Shown here: piece by piece, positions 11,791-25,454 of the stretch | How the letters are laid out: each line of letters opens with the position of its first letter | How positions within the stretch are numbered: position 1 is the stretch's first letter | Source of the DNA: Octopus vulgaris | Lineage: Eukaryota | Length of the DNA stretch: 64,000 nucleotides | Reading direction: 5' to 3' | NCBI GenBank assembly: GCA_951406725.2 | Contig: OX597821.1 | Span: forward strand, 74,958,001 to 75,022,000 | Made by a program: the position numbers and the translations under genes | The notes under the pieces: generated by a model | Database searches by the model: none | What the model was told of the DNA's origin: nothing | What the model saw: only the letters and a program-made list of their open reading frames with translations

Positions 11791-12029
11791 ACAGAAAAGA
11801 AAATTTTTCAGAATAAACATTTATTCAAAGAAAAATCAAATTCGAAATTATCGTGAAAGAACATTACAGAGAATGTGCCAAAATTCATCGCAGCCGTCAT
11901 GTTCTTCAAAAAACAATAAAAAAACTAACATTAAAGAATTTTTAAATACAAATTTGTTAAAACGTGAAAAAAGTAAGCTTAGTTAGAAGGACATATTTGT
12001 TTCCTTTTTTGCACAACAAACCAAAAATT

Positions 12030-13230
12030 GATTTAATATTTGTTCTTGTTGGGCTCAAAGTAATTTCAATGTTTTGTTTTAATTCCAGTTAACACCGAAA
12101 ATACTGATTTGCAAAAATCCATTGACGAAAGGAATTGTTTCAACAATAGAAATTAAAAACAAACTCCACGTCATAAAATGTTTAAACTGTTCGTAGAATA
12201 TTCAGTGCTAAAAGGTGTATCGTTGGGATCTTCTATATGTTCTTCCTGAACTTTTAGCGATAGATATTTTACACTCTCTTCTATTTACCCTAAGAATGGA
12301 ATTTGGAGCTAATCAATTTGGCTCTTCTTTAGTTCTGGCAAAAATATTTCTGGGAATTGCTTTCTAGACTCTCCAAATAATCAATAATTAGTTTCTTGAT
12401 CAAATCCAATATTCAATGAATTATCAAATATGTAACCATTTTTATATGAAAACATTTCTATTTCACCATTTTCTATTTTGAATTTCCATATTTGAATTTC
12501 CATATTTGAATTTATTTTGTAAAATCGTGATTTTTAGATTTACGTAGAAGATATTGGTGTTCTCTCCTTGTAGAGATATATTAAGATGATTCAATTTTCC
12601 ATAAACATCCGACAAATGGTACAATTTCCATAACGAATCTTTATGAAACAATTATCCAAACCTGGATTTTGTCCCAGCAGGAATATTATGAGAGAAGGTC
12701 TTAAATTCTGATAGTCATAACAAACGTTGTTCATTTGAGATCCAACGCATTCTTGTTCAATTTAAGAAGAGGTGACTATTTAGTACACGATGTCTAAGAA
12801 AGATGATGATCTTAACTCTATGTTGTAACAATGCATTCAGATATATAGGGATTTTTCTAGCCATCAAAACCTCTTAATGAATAATGCAACGCATGAAAGT
12901 GATCGGAATTTTGTTTACAGATTTGTCTGGCCCTTGAAATCAAGTTGTTTTCCCTGTCATAGCTGCAGCACTATCAGTAAATGTTTCGACACACTTATTC
13001 CATTCAAACCTAATTTTCTAAAAGAAATTGTATAAGTTTTAAAAATACTTTCAGCTGAAGCACATCCGTCTAACGATTACCGCAACACAGTCATCGAGGA
13101 CACTATTTTCGTAAGAGTACCAACGGAATTGAAAATTTAAACCGTTGTTTTAAATTTTCTCGTTAATTTCAACACTTGGTCGTTTTCGGATGACTCGAGA
13201 AATCAATAACGAATAGAAGCCATTGTAGTG
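12030..13230 (-). pseudogene. Decayed hAT (Buster/Charlie, ZBED5-like) transposase
   Basis: Minus-strand motifs WNKCVETFTDSAAAMTG (~12952-13005), CIIH (12877-12888), RWIS, and WKLYHLSDVYGKLNHLNISLQG (ORF 12463-12651) in the expected order, with many stops and frameshifts. Confidence 0.85.
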
Positions 13231-13240
13231 CAAGCAATTT

Positions 13241-13359
<119 letters not shown>

Positions 13360-14037
13360 TAAATAAAGATAGATATGTGTGTATTTATTTATGGATGTGT
13401 TTAGATCATCTGAAGTGGTGTACAGAGGTTATATATATATATATTTTAATTTTAAAAAAAATTATTTATCTAGTTTCAGCTCGCAAGCTGTGGCCATGCT
13501 GGGGCACTGCCATTTGGTGTTGCTACATGATTTTACTTCACGAATGCTTTTTAGCAATTGCCATTTGGTGCATGAGAGAGTTCGATGCAGCTGCCCTCAT
13601 CTGCACCTCCTGCCGTGAAGTTGGTTATATATATATATATATATATCCCAAAGAACAGCGTTCGTAAAAAAAAAAATTTATCTCGTTTGGCTTACTGTTA
13701 TTCTCCGTTGTCCTGTTTATATTTTGTACTGTTGTTACTGTCCTGTTTTTGTTACCATTTTTACCCCTCCGCAAAAAAATCTCAAATTTTATCGCCTGAC
13801 CCTCGAAACGTGGAGTAGATGAAATTAAGGCGACTGAAGGAGGGGAATTTTCCTTGTTTGTATGTCCTGTACTCTATTTTTTCGTTGTTTAAAAAAATGT
13901 CCATTTCCTCGGTTTTGTGTTTATGTTTTCGTTTCTCATTGTGTTCGACGTTTTTTTGGTGTCCTGTACCCATATATGCAAGTATATATACATGTAGAGG
14001 TAGGTACGTACATATATGTATGTATATATGCATATGT

Positions 14038-14083
<46 letters not shown>

Positions 14084-14268
14084 TATGTATATATATTAAG
14101 AAAATGAATGTAGTCAGGGTTTCGGATAATTATTTATTTAGCGCTTTCATCCCTTTTTGATATATTCATCATCCATGATGAATAATCTTTCAAAAACAGA
14201 TGAAAGCGCCCTCGCATAAACACACATATTTACATACACATTAAGTGGGATACAACGATTGCCATTCG

Positions 14269-14354
<86 letters not shown>

Positions 14355-14355
14355 G

Positions 14356-14423
<68 letters not shown>

Positions 14424-14463
14424 TTTGACTGTATGTCTGTGAATGTGTCCATACGCACATAAT

Positions 14464-14510
<47 letters not shown>

Positions 14511-15751
14511 TACATAGAGATGTAGCCTCAGTTTTGCTCAAATCGTCAGGCCAACTATCAAAGACATCGTTGCTTTCATAAGTTTTGTGAGATATCGAAT
14601 ATAAAAGATTACATGATCGAATATGTCTTTAATTTTGTAATCCGTGCTGTGTCATTTGGGTGTGTTGTGTTTGCTTTTCTTGCAGGATTAACTGCCTGCT
14701 AAATCATCTTCTTTGATTATGTGTATTTGAATTATTATAATTATTATAAAATGTGATAATGCCGAGAACTTCTTTACTCCATTGCGTAGTCATAATGATG
14801 AAGGATGCAGTTGTGAGTGAACATGTCATTGTTCATATTAGTTTACATGAAAACTATTCTCTATGCGTCAACATATACCTGTCCGTTGATAAATAAAATC
14901 AATAATATATTCGATGTGAGCCAGCATACAACGGCAAAAATGTCTGAATAATATTAAGCATTAAGGAACACTTCGACTTGAAGAAGAATCTCAATAAAAT
15001 ATGATTATATAATTTCCGATTTTACTCCCATATTGAAACAGTTTTGTGTTCATACATACAATTCATACTATATATATAAGATATATATGCATATGTGTAT
15101 GTGTGCGGGTGTGTGTATAGGGTGAAAGAGAGAGAGAGAGACTGAATGAAAAAGAGAGTGTGAATTAGAAAGAGTGAGCGATACACACGTGTTATGGGGA
15201 ACATAGAGTATAAAACAATTTTGGGAATGTCAACTTAACTGAAATTTTGAGCAAAAATTGACGAAAAGAGAAGCCGTGATCAATTGGCCGTGTCATTAAA
15301 TTATCGGACGAATTCTGAGTCCGAATTCTGCCAAGATCAAACTTCTTTTTTGTCCTACTCGGGTCGATAATGAAGTACCAGTCTATGTCTATGGACTGAT
15401 GGAATTTATGGAACTTTGGACGGGATGTCTGGGGATTCTTCGTCCGTCTCATTATGTTCTGAGTCTTAATCCAACTGTAACCTATTCATGATTTAGCCGT
15501 AATCCATCGCCCGGTTTACTAGTTATTGAATGTCTTAAGAAGAGATGGCGCTGTAGCAAGTATTCAGACAAGGTCTCAGACTGAAGTGACTTCGTTTGAT
15601 ACCTTCCTCCCTGTCTCCATCATTCACGAAGAACATCGAAAGATTAATCAGAACTGTCATATCCCCCTTCCTCATTAGTGTTATTAGAATATCGGTTTAA
15701 TTCAAGTTGCGGTGTTTTGCTCATCAGACAGGGGAAATGACAGTTTGACTT

Positions 15752-16019
15752 TTATTTACATTATTTATATTTGACGGATATTTGTCCTCATCTTCTTCGG
15801 CTGATACACCTTCCAGCCTTCATCAGGTGCCTTGGGGATATTTCGAACCTGGGTTCTCATTCCTAAGGAATTTTACGATGTTATTATTATTATTATTATT
15901 CAGGTCACTGCTTGGAATCGAACTTGGTATCTTAACCACTACACCATATGCCCGTGGGCGTAGTGGTTAAGCGCGCAGGCTACTAACCCCAAGATTCTGA
16001 TTTCGATTACAGGCAGTGA

Positions 16020-16094
<75 letters not shown>

Positions 16095-16316
16095 TGATGA
16101 TGATGATACCAACAACAAAAACAGCAAAAACAACAACATCAAAAATACCTTAGGAATGAGAACCCAGGTTAGAAATTTCCCCAAGGCACCTGGTGAAGGC
16201 TGGAGGGTATATCAACCGAAACGATGTGCTAGCAACAACCAAGATGAGGGCAAATATCCGTGAAATGTAAATAATGTAAACAAAGTACATAATTCCTCAT
16301 CTCTTAAATATGGAAC
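15752..16316. mobile_element. Family P1 head-to-head inverted pair
   Basis: Minus copy 15752-~15955 and plus copy ~15956-16316 are joined at the tRNA-like heads (CCATATGCCCGTGGGCGTAGTGG). Each has (AAT)n and a hammerhead remnant. Confidence 0.85.
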
Positions 16317-16329
16317 AATTTGTCCCTTG

Positions 16330-16830
16330 TCTCAAATTCTCTCTCTTTAATCAGAGCGCCAAGCGGTATAAACTATTCGTTCTCACGATCTTAGGTACTG
16401 ATCCTACATCACCCTGATCGTCAAGGGCACCTCTGGGAGACATCTCTTTTCCATCCCTTTTCTGCATCTCACAGGTGCACGTTAGAGTAATCCCACCAAC
16501 TAAGGTCACTGTCGTTACTTTCAACAAATTTACTGCGGGTGTGGTTAGCACAACCCTCTCAACCCTATCTTTCCTTACCTTTCCTTTCAATCGGGATATA
16601 AAAATGTCAATGAGAGCTTGGCCGAACAAGAAAGTGTCTGTTGTTAGTCCTTCCACTCTCATCCATCAAACAACTTTTTTGCTTCGGCCATGAGACTGAG
16701 GTAAACTATCTGTCCTCCCCAATCAAAGGAAGAGTGGGGTGTTCCAAGGAAAACTTCCAGACGCTTAAAGATATCTAGTCACACAAGCCATATCGGTCCG
16801 TACAGACCTAATAGTTTAAAGGTAACCCAT
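16330..16830 (-). pseudogene. Diverged Tx1/L1-like LINE ORF2 C-terminal fragment
   Basis: WMRVEGLTTDTFLFGQALIDIFISRLKGKVRKDR aligns by eye with WWTCLIGLETNTFLS..LINFFKYHLKRKVRVER at 33805. Confidence 0.55.
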
Positions 16831-17191
16831 TCGCTACTATTTACGTACAAAGCCATGAATTTTCAATTCGGGTCCTAAAATATGTCCCGTATATCGTATT
16901 CTCAAATCAGCAGTGGTACTCCGAATATGCATTCCTGGATTAGTGACAGATGTGAAGAACTCATAAACACCATAAATGGGTGTTAAGACGCCTACATCTA
17001 TTTTATAACAACGGCCAGAATAAACATAATTCTCGACATCGTTCAATATACAATTCAATTTTAGAATATTTCATGTGAAACCGGTCAAGTGTCTTCCTAT
17101 TTTTAAAAGTATGACTAAATTCTTATTATTTCTAAAACATGTTCTGTGCATCTTCAACTTTATTTTTTTTTCTCCACTTGTTTGGATTAAT

Positions 17192-17273
<82 letters not shown>

Positions 17274-17339
17274 ATGACAACAACAGAATGAATGAGACCT
17301 CGATATTATGTAAAAAGAGAAATTTATCTATAAATATAT

Positions 17340-17520
17340 GTGACAATTAGTTGGTTCATAATAAAATTCAGAGTTTCGAATGTCGAGGCTGAAGTCTGCT
17401 CCGACATCTCATCGGTTACTATGCGTTTTGTGGTTGTCCTAATAACTGAGATGCCGGAGCAAACTTCAGCCCCGACATCCGAAACTCTGAGTTTTGTTAT
17501 GAAAACCAAATAATTGTCAC
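17340..17520. repeat. Inverted repeat (~72-75 bp arms) of degenerate hammerhead-bearing pLTR-like fragments (family P3)
   Basis: GTGACAATTAGTTGG..CAGAGTTTCGAATGTCGAGGCTGAAGTCTGCTCCGACATCTCA is the reverse complement of TGAGATGCCGGAGCAAACTTCAGCCCCGACATCCGAAACTCTGAG..ATAATTGTCAC. Confidence 0.8.
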
Positions 17521-17530
17521 ACACACACAC

Positions 17531-17567
<37 letters not shown>

Positions 17568-17568
<1 letters not shown>

Positions 17569-19034
17569 TGGGTTGTCCGGAGAGTTCGTGCCGAGTTTTA
17601 AGAGAAAGGAAAAGGTCAATAAATACTTGCCATTACATTTTTAATCAACCAAATATGAACCATTTTGTTGCACAATGCGTCTCCATTTTGTTGCACATAA
17701 TGCTTTATGAGTACAAAAAAGGAAACTCAGCAGCCGAAGCGACTCGAAGCATGCACACAGTTTTGCACTATCAGTTGCATTATCATTATCTTGCATTATC
17801 AGTTGAAGAATTGGCCATAAAGCTTAGTTCAAACCATACAACTGTTCATCGTCATCTTGAACAATTTGGAATACTTCCTAAACTTGGAAAATCGGTGCTT
17901 CATGAATTGTCCAAAAGCAACCGCAAATCCTGAGTTGAGATCTGCTCTTCTCTCCATTCTCGCGAACTCATTTCACTCTTTTTTTATAGACTTCTGACTG
18001 GTGACGAAAAATGCATCTTCTATAGAAATATTAAACGTCGTAAACAGGCGCAGGAGTGGCTGTGTGGTAAGTAGCTTGCTAACCAGCCACATGGTTCAGG
18101 GTTCAGTCCCACTGCGAGCCACCTTGGGCAAATGTCTTCTACTATAGCCCCGGGCCGACCAATGCTTTGTGAGTGGATTTGTTAGACGGAAACTGAAAGA
18201 AGCCCGTCGTATATATGTATATATATATATATATATATGTGTGTTTGTGTGTCTGTGTTTGTCCCCCTAGCATTGCTTGACAACCGATGCTGGAATGTTT
18301 ATGTCCCCGTCACTTAGCGGTTCAGCAAAAGAGACCGGTAGAATAAGTACTGGGCTTACAAAGAATAAGTCCTTGGGTCTAGTTGCTCGACTAAAGGCGG
18401 TGCTCCAGCATGGCCGCAGTCAAATGACTGAAACAAGTAAAAGAGAGTGGCTTGGTAAGAGGGAAAAAGCTCAAGCACAACCGAGAATGGAATTTCATGG
18501 GGAAAAGTTTCTTCTGTCGATCTGGTGGGATTGCAAAGGAGTAAATTCACTTTGAATTGTTACCACCTAATGCAACATTCAATGCTCAAGTCTTCTGTCA
18601 GCAATTAGAGTGTTTGAACCAAGCTTTGAAGTAAAAAGACCCGCTTTATTGAATCGAAAAGGAGTGATGTTTCATCAGGACAATGCGCGACCCCACACTG
18701 CAAAGATCACATCACAGTAGATCGAAGAACTTGGTTGGGAAAAAATTTCTCATCCACCTTATTCTCCCGACCTTACTCCTTCAGACTACCATTTGTTTCG
18801 TAGCTTACAGTATCACTTGGGGGACATAAATTTCGCAAATCAGGAGGCGGTGGAAACTGACATTTCAGAGTTCTTCGCTTTGAAACCCAAAGAGTTTTAC
18901 ATTAATGGGATTAAAAAGCTTGTAAATAGATGGAAGGAAGTCATAGAAAAATCAGGGAACGTACATTGATTTCCATTATTTGATCACTTGTTTTCTTTAA
19001 TCAAAATTCAGACAGAACTTATGGAATGACCTGA
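17568..19034 (+). mobile_element. Decayed mariner (D,D34D) DNA transposon, interrupted by a SINE
   Basis: MLYEYKKGNSAAEATR HTH, LLTGDEK, IWWDCKG, FHQDNARPH and HPPYSPDLTPSD (34 residues between the 2nd and 3rd D). Imperfect TIRs TTGGGTTGTCC.. / ..GAATGACCTGA-TA. Stops and frameshifts present. Confidence 0.92.
18047..18446 (+). mobile_element. SINE family B (tRNA head, CORE-like CCTTGGGCAA motif, internal TA/TG microsatellite), full length
   Basis: GGCGCAGGAGTGGCTGTGTGG..GGTTCAGTCCC head, inserted between transposase codons KQ|WL. Confidence 0.9.
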
Positions 19035-19095
19035 TATAATCGGATGAGGAACTGCGTGACTGAACATTTTAACAATGTTATGTATGTATATATGA

Positions 19096-19181
<86 letters not shown>

Positions 19182-19335
19182 GCATGTATTATGTATCTAT
19201 TTATCTGTCTGTCTGTCTGCCAGTCTGTCTCTTTCTCGCTAACTCTTTATAAATATGTGTGTGTGTGTGTGTGTAATTCTGTTTGTAGATATGCATGCAT
19301 GTAACTATCTCTCTGTCTTTTAATCTATCTATTTG

Positions 19336-19434
<99 letters not shown>

Positions 19435-19563
19435 CCATGACAAGCGCCAACCTCTTGGCTAACACCTTTGTCAGACCTGAAAATTTTGACAAAGGTAAAA
19501 GAAAAGCTCTACCTTGTAATTTGTTCTATCTGTGTGCAGCCCTGTGTGGCTAATAAAGAAACA
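19435..19563 (+). mobile_element. Short 3' end of Tx1-like LINE inside (TATC)n
   Basis: Shares AAAGAAAAGCTCTAC..TGTGTGCAGCCCTGTGTGGCTAATAAAGAAACA with the copy ending at 34335. (TATC)n on both sides. Confidence 0.75.
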
Positions 19564-19586
19564 TATCTATATATCTATCTATCTAA

Positions 19587-19657
<71 letters not shown>

Positions 19658-19670
19658 ACTATCTATCTAC

Positions 19671-19726
<56 letters not shown>

Positions 19727-19741
19727 ATATATATATGTATG

Positions 19742-19805
<64 letters not shown>

Positions 19806-20393
19806 GTATGTATACACACACATACGATTTCGCATTGTAGTCGCTTTAATACGGTACTTATTTCTTTGAACTGAGAAAGTTTTAAATTTTACTCGCAACA
19901 TTATTGTACGAACACTCTTTGCGTTGTAGAGGTTTGCTGACCGCATATATTTCTTACGTATCTACGAAGACATTCATCATTCCTTTACATCTGTGTTCGG
20001 TGGTAGATTTCGATGGCCTCTTTAAAAACCTATATATTTATCAACCTGTGAGGTTGCTCAATTTGATGTAATTATTTCCACAAGACTTGAGCCAATGAAA
20101 AACAGCGAAGTCGAAGTTCGCAACATTTGATCATCTTCACACGCTGACAACGACTCGTAGCCCCAGCCTGATAGGCAGCCATACATACATACATACATAC
20201 ATACATACATACATACATACATACATACATACATACATACATACATACATGCATCCATGCATGCATACATACATACACACATACATACATGCATGCATGC
20301 ATACATACACACATACACACAATACATACACACATACATACATGCATGATAGCGATAATTTTATTTATAGATATATACATACATACGTTCACA

Positions 20394-20470
<77 letters not shown>

Positions 20471-20733
20471 ATTTGTGTGTTTGTACATGTATATAAATAC
20501 ATATACATATATATATATATATATATATCTATATACTGTGTGTATATGAATATACCACGTCCATATACATATATATATATATATATACGTACATATACAC
20601 ATATATATATATATATATAGTTATATACAAGCATCTATAAAACTGTTAAGAGTAGATATTAGACCTTGATCTTAGCCATATTTGTGTATATATATTCATA
20701 TATATATAAATATATTTTTATTTTATCTATATC

Positions 20734-20790
<57 letters not shown>

Positions 20791-22709
20791 ATTATATATC
20801 CGCATATATTTGTATCTATCACACTGAATGCCTACCTAGCTATCTATGCGCGCACACACACACATACACTCTCATACACGCACATGCATACGTCATACAC
20901 GCATGTATAAACAGACATGCATACACTCGTATTACGCACAGCCACGCACGCACAGATACATTCACAGAAAAACACGTTTGAAGGCAATCAAACAAATATG
21001 CACACCTCTGCACATGCATACGCATTAGATGTATTCAAGTCGTTAGCCTAATTCTGCGCTAACCATTCAGCGGATTTATTGATTTTCTTGGACACAAGGT
21101 CATAAACCTGGATTCTGTCATCTAGATTGACTGTCTCGCTGAATGGCTTATTGCCCTAAACTACAACAGTCAATAAAGAGAAAGAATGGCCGACAGTCCC
21201 TGGTTCACACCGTTAATAGAGAAAACGAACGTCACTTGTTACAGTCATATTCTACAAGCTGTACAGCTTCTTAATAGAGCTTCTCATTGATTCGTCTGCC
21301 GTATTATGTACTGATGCGTTTACTAAATAAGATTTGTTGAAATAAAGATCTCACAATAGATTAGCAGACACAAATAGCAAATCCGATTTTCAGAAACGGT
21401 TGTTAAAACGTCGGCAGCTTCTTCAAACCATTTATCACTCTAATGCCAACATCACAGAATCAGATGCGTGTTCTCAGGTTACGTGAAAATGGTACAAGAC
21501 TAGAAATAAGTTGTCGAAAGAGAAAGGATATAGAATGTAACAGCAAAAGTAGTGCGGTTACTACTTTCTATCGAGTGGGATATATTTACGCTGTGTGTTT
21601 TTACCTGAAGAGGAAGTCGAGAGGAACGTGGATGCACTACGCAGTTAATTGAAGAAATGTTATACTATGAACTTGTGAGACATAAAACCGACTTTTGAAA
21701 AGAGATAATTAATTGCTTCCGTCTCATATTGTTTTACCGACCAGCACCAGGAAACGTTTAAGTGTCAGTGTTTGTCTCTAGTTTTATGGAGCAAGCATCC
21801 ATCACAGATATGACCAGTACATACCCGCGCTTGCTTCCATCGACTAAAACTAAAGCGCCTCTACTGAACAAATTATTTGCCTTATATGTGAGTTCGTGCC
21901 TGACCCATTTGGCTTTTACTTCCAAGCCATAATATTGATGCCGAGGCTTAGAAGTGAAGGAGAGAACTGAAACATTTACATATTGTTGAAAGGAATCCAA
22001 CTGCTGTGCAATGACTTACAGAGCTTTGAATTTAATTATAATTGGCAAACTGTTGCTGTTTACGACAAGGTCTACTGATCCAAGGAGGGATTTAGGGCCC
22101 TGGATATAATCCAATACCATTTATCGGGGTGAAACCTCAATTCTTTGATCAGGACGTTTGAAATAGATGTAAATAACGTTGCAGACTCTTTACATACTGG
22201 ATTATGAACCATAACCAAATGCTTTTCTCTGGAAACAAAGGTGCAAAGTAGAAATGTTAACGCTTCAAATTATTAACTAGAACTCAATAGCAAGAATTTT
22301 TAGTGGAAGGAAAATGGGAAATCATTTTGTGTTATTACTTCTAGCACTAAACTGGTATTAAATACTTCGAACGAAGTCACTGATATTGACTGAAGTCAAT
22401 AAGTTTGACTTTTGCATTTTTCTTACATTGATGGAAACAAAATCTTCCTATTTTAGGGGAAGTAAAATAAGGAATCGGCTTTACGCTCATGTTTTTCCAA
22501 AAAGCATTCAAATGTGAAGTGTTATCCCTTTAATTTACGGCGCAGCGTGTTCGGCGCAGGAACCTCGTATTAAGAAACACTTAGGATAAGAAGCTAATTG
22601 TGTTTAAGTATCATATTAGGTCATTACAAATCTCATCTAGATATCACCGAGTAAACCTTGGCCAAATATGTGTTTTCAAAAGACAGGACCTTCGAAGGAG
22701 GAATATTGT

Positions 22710-23223
22710 TGTTCTGTTGTTGTGACCCCTTTCGGTAATGAATGACCATGGGATTGCACCTAGAAAGTTACCACCGAGACACAAGTGTGGGCAAAGTTGT
22801 TTATGGAAGACCAGCAGTCGCTCATGCATACTAGCCTCCCCTCTCCACGCCACCGATGTTATCTAAGGGAAAGGCAAAGGCCGATACAGCTTGACACCAA
22901 TGACGTCGCCGCTCACCTATTAATCTGTAAGTGGCTGAGCACTCCACAAACACGTGTATCCTTAACATAGTTCTCGGGACGATTCAACGTGACACAGAGT
23001 GTGACAAGGCTGGCCCTTTGAAATACTGGTACAACAGAAACAGGAAGGAAGAGTGAGAGAAAGTTGTGGTGAAAGAGTACAGCAGGATTCACCACTACTC
23101 CCTGCCGGAGACTCGTGGAGCTTTAGGTGTTTTCACTCAATAAACACTCACTACGTGCGGTCTGGGAATCAAAACCGCGATCCCACGGCCGCGAGTCCAC
23201 TGCCCTAACCATTGGGCCATTGC
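22710..23223 (-). mobile_element. SINE family C (chimeric tail type iii)
   Basis: C head and middle plus partial tail ii, joined near 22920 to a different 3' module (GCGACGTCATTGGTG..CTTCCATAAACAAC..GGTGCAATCCCATGG). Confidence 0.8.
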
Positions 23224-23407
23224 AGAATATATACATCAGAGAAACCGGAAAACCTAGATACTGGGAACCCGGGAAACTGGCTCTATACTTCTAAAGGAGA
23301 TTGTAAGAGCTCATTATTCTCATTATCAATGCCAATATAATTCCAACTTAATGTTACAAATTTCCGGTATATTCTTGCCCACCCCCCCGCCCACCAAAAA
23401 ATGCATT

Positions 23408-23470
23408 ATTATTGTCACTTTAGTGACAATAATCTCGATCCAAGTTACTTGAATAACTTGGATCAAGATT
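23408..23470. repeat. Two abutting palindromic hairpins
   Basis: ATTATTGTCACT-TT-AGTGACAATAAT and AATCTCGATCCAAGTTA-CTTGAA-TAACTTGGATCAAGATT. Confidence 0.85.
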
Positions 23471-24498
23471 TGTAGTCTTTGCTTACTTATCTTCTCGGAG
23501 CATTCAGTATGTTCTGTGGAATATTGATTCCAGAAATTTTCATGACGAAAGATGCGAATGGAAGAAGGGTACTTTGTGCATCGTTCTCGCGTACAGGAAT
23601 GCCACTTATTTCACCCATTATTTAATCTGATAGAAATGGTAGCCACATCTCGCACGAACCATGCTCTTCCATCTTTAAAAACAAAGGCCGTATGGCTTAA
23701 AATACTTCGGGAAGACTTAACTCTCACAAAGAGAATGTTTTTGATCACAGCTTTACCCAACTAAGGCTGATCCTGATATATATATATATATATATCATAT
23801 ATATCTCCATATATATATATATATATGAAATCATAATATCTTGTGATTTGAAATCAAACCATGGAGAAGAAAACAAAATTTGATAGTTAAATATAGTGCT
23901 TAGATATTTAAAATAAGAACAATATCGTATTTGTGAAGAGATGAGAAATAAAAATAACAGATTCAAATGATAGAAAGAAGAGAGAGTTATCTTAGTTTTA
24001 TGTTCCAAAATGAATGCAGATTAAACTGACCGAAATGTTGTGTTAAAAATGATCAGAAATAAATTAGGAAACAAACAAGCAGCAAAGAGGCTTCTTGTTA
24101 TGTTTTGCTTTTCACCACATTCCCCCATGTCACACATATTTTGACAAACACTTGCTAAGAGATGTCTTTTTTTTTATTTGATTTAGAGACGATAATAACA
24201 TATTTCGTTAACAAATGTTTGAATAGGACAAGTTCATTTGATTAGTTAATTATGTGATTTACAGACGTAAAATATAGTTTGGATCCAATCATAATTCATC
24301 GTAAAACAAACTTGTTTTTATTGTTCATTTTGAATACCGGCTTTGTTCAAACTTCATAGCTAGCTCACTCTGTACAGCTCTCACCTTCTCTTCTACCCTC
24401 TGCTTACAATGTAGACCCGCTCCTTTCTTAGTTCCAACCACCATTCCAAATTTTAATTCCATACTAATATTGTGAAAGTAATTTTTTTTTATTTAAAA

Positions 24499-25025
24499 CT
24501 AGCAGTATCGCCCGGCGTTGCTCGGGTTTGTAAAGGGAAATAACTATATAAGCATTTTTAGAGAGTTACTTCCCTTATAGATGCCAATTCGAGGCTTTCT
24601 TGTGGCCATTTCTGTTTTTGTCTGTCTTCAAGCCATGAAGTCGTTGTTCTAAAAGAGACGCTGGTCTCCTTGACAACGCTTTACGACGGTGATTTGCTTA
24701 CACTCCCTTCCCCACAGCTTCACGGGAGAGGAAGAAGGGGGAGAAGCAAACACAGGTGCAGGTGTTTGAGCGTGGACGCCAACACGCGCCGCCATCGAGC
24801 ACACAAAAAATTATGCATTAAAATGGAATAAACAATGATGTTAAATTATTTTTAAAATCGTAGACTCATCGTAGACGCGCGCTAATATGCCAGACGGGCT
24901 CGATATTAATCACGACTATAAGATACCCGAATTTGGTTAAACTGCACCGCAAAATGTGGGAGGAGTTAGGAATCTAAATCGAAGGGGACAGACACTCACA
25001 CAACTACAGTTTTATATATATAAGA
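24499..25025 (-). mobile_element. Non-autonomous Helitron
   Basis: Minus strand A|TCTTATATATATAAAA ... CCCGAGCAACGCCGGG hairpin + CGATACTG-CTAG|T: 5'-TC, 3'-CTAG, AT target, no TSD. Confidence 0.85.
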
Positions 25026-25454
25026 TAAGGAGCAAAGAAAATATCTTTCATGTAAAGCCAAGTGGATCAACCTAAAGACTGACAAATTTCACTTCTTGGT
25101 ATTCTATCTTTCTTCAGAAATTTATGAAGATTTCTAAATATTTTACAGATGTTGAACTATTTACTTCGAATTTTTTTTAATTATCAATATTCAAAAGCTA
25201 TTGCACTATGTTTTAACATTTCTTGTTTTCATTGATTTATAAACGTATATCCTTCCTTAAAAATGTATAAATTAAACAGAATCGAAGATACAAGAAACAC
25301 ACACACACACGCGCGCGCGTGCGCGCGTTTTAGAGAAACTTGGCGGAAATCTCTCACGTGCTGGTGTTTTTCTGAGTTATACTACAATTGTATTAATGAA
25401 GAAAGACATTAACTCACCAGTGATCGCTAGTTAACGTCTCTCTTTAAATTTGCA

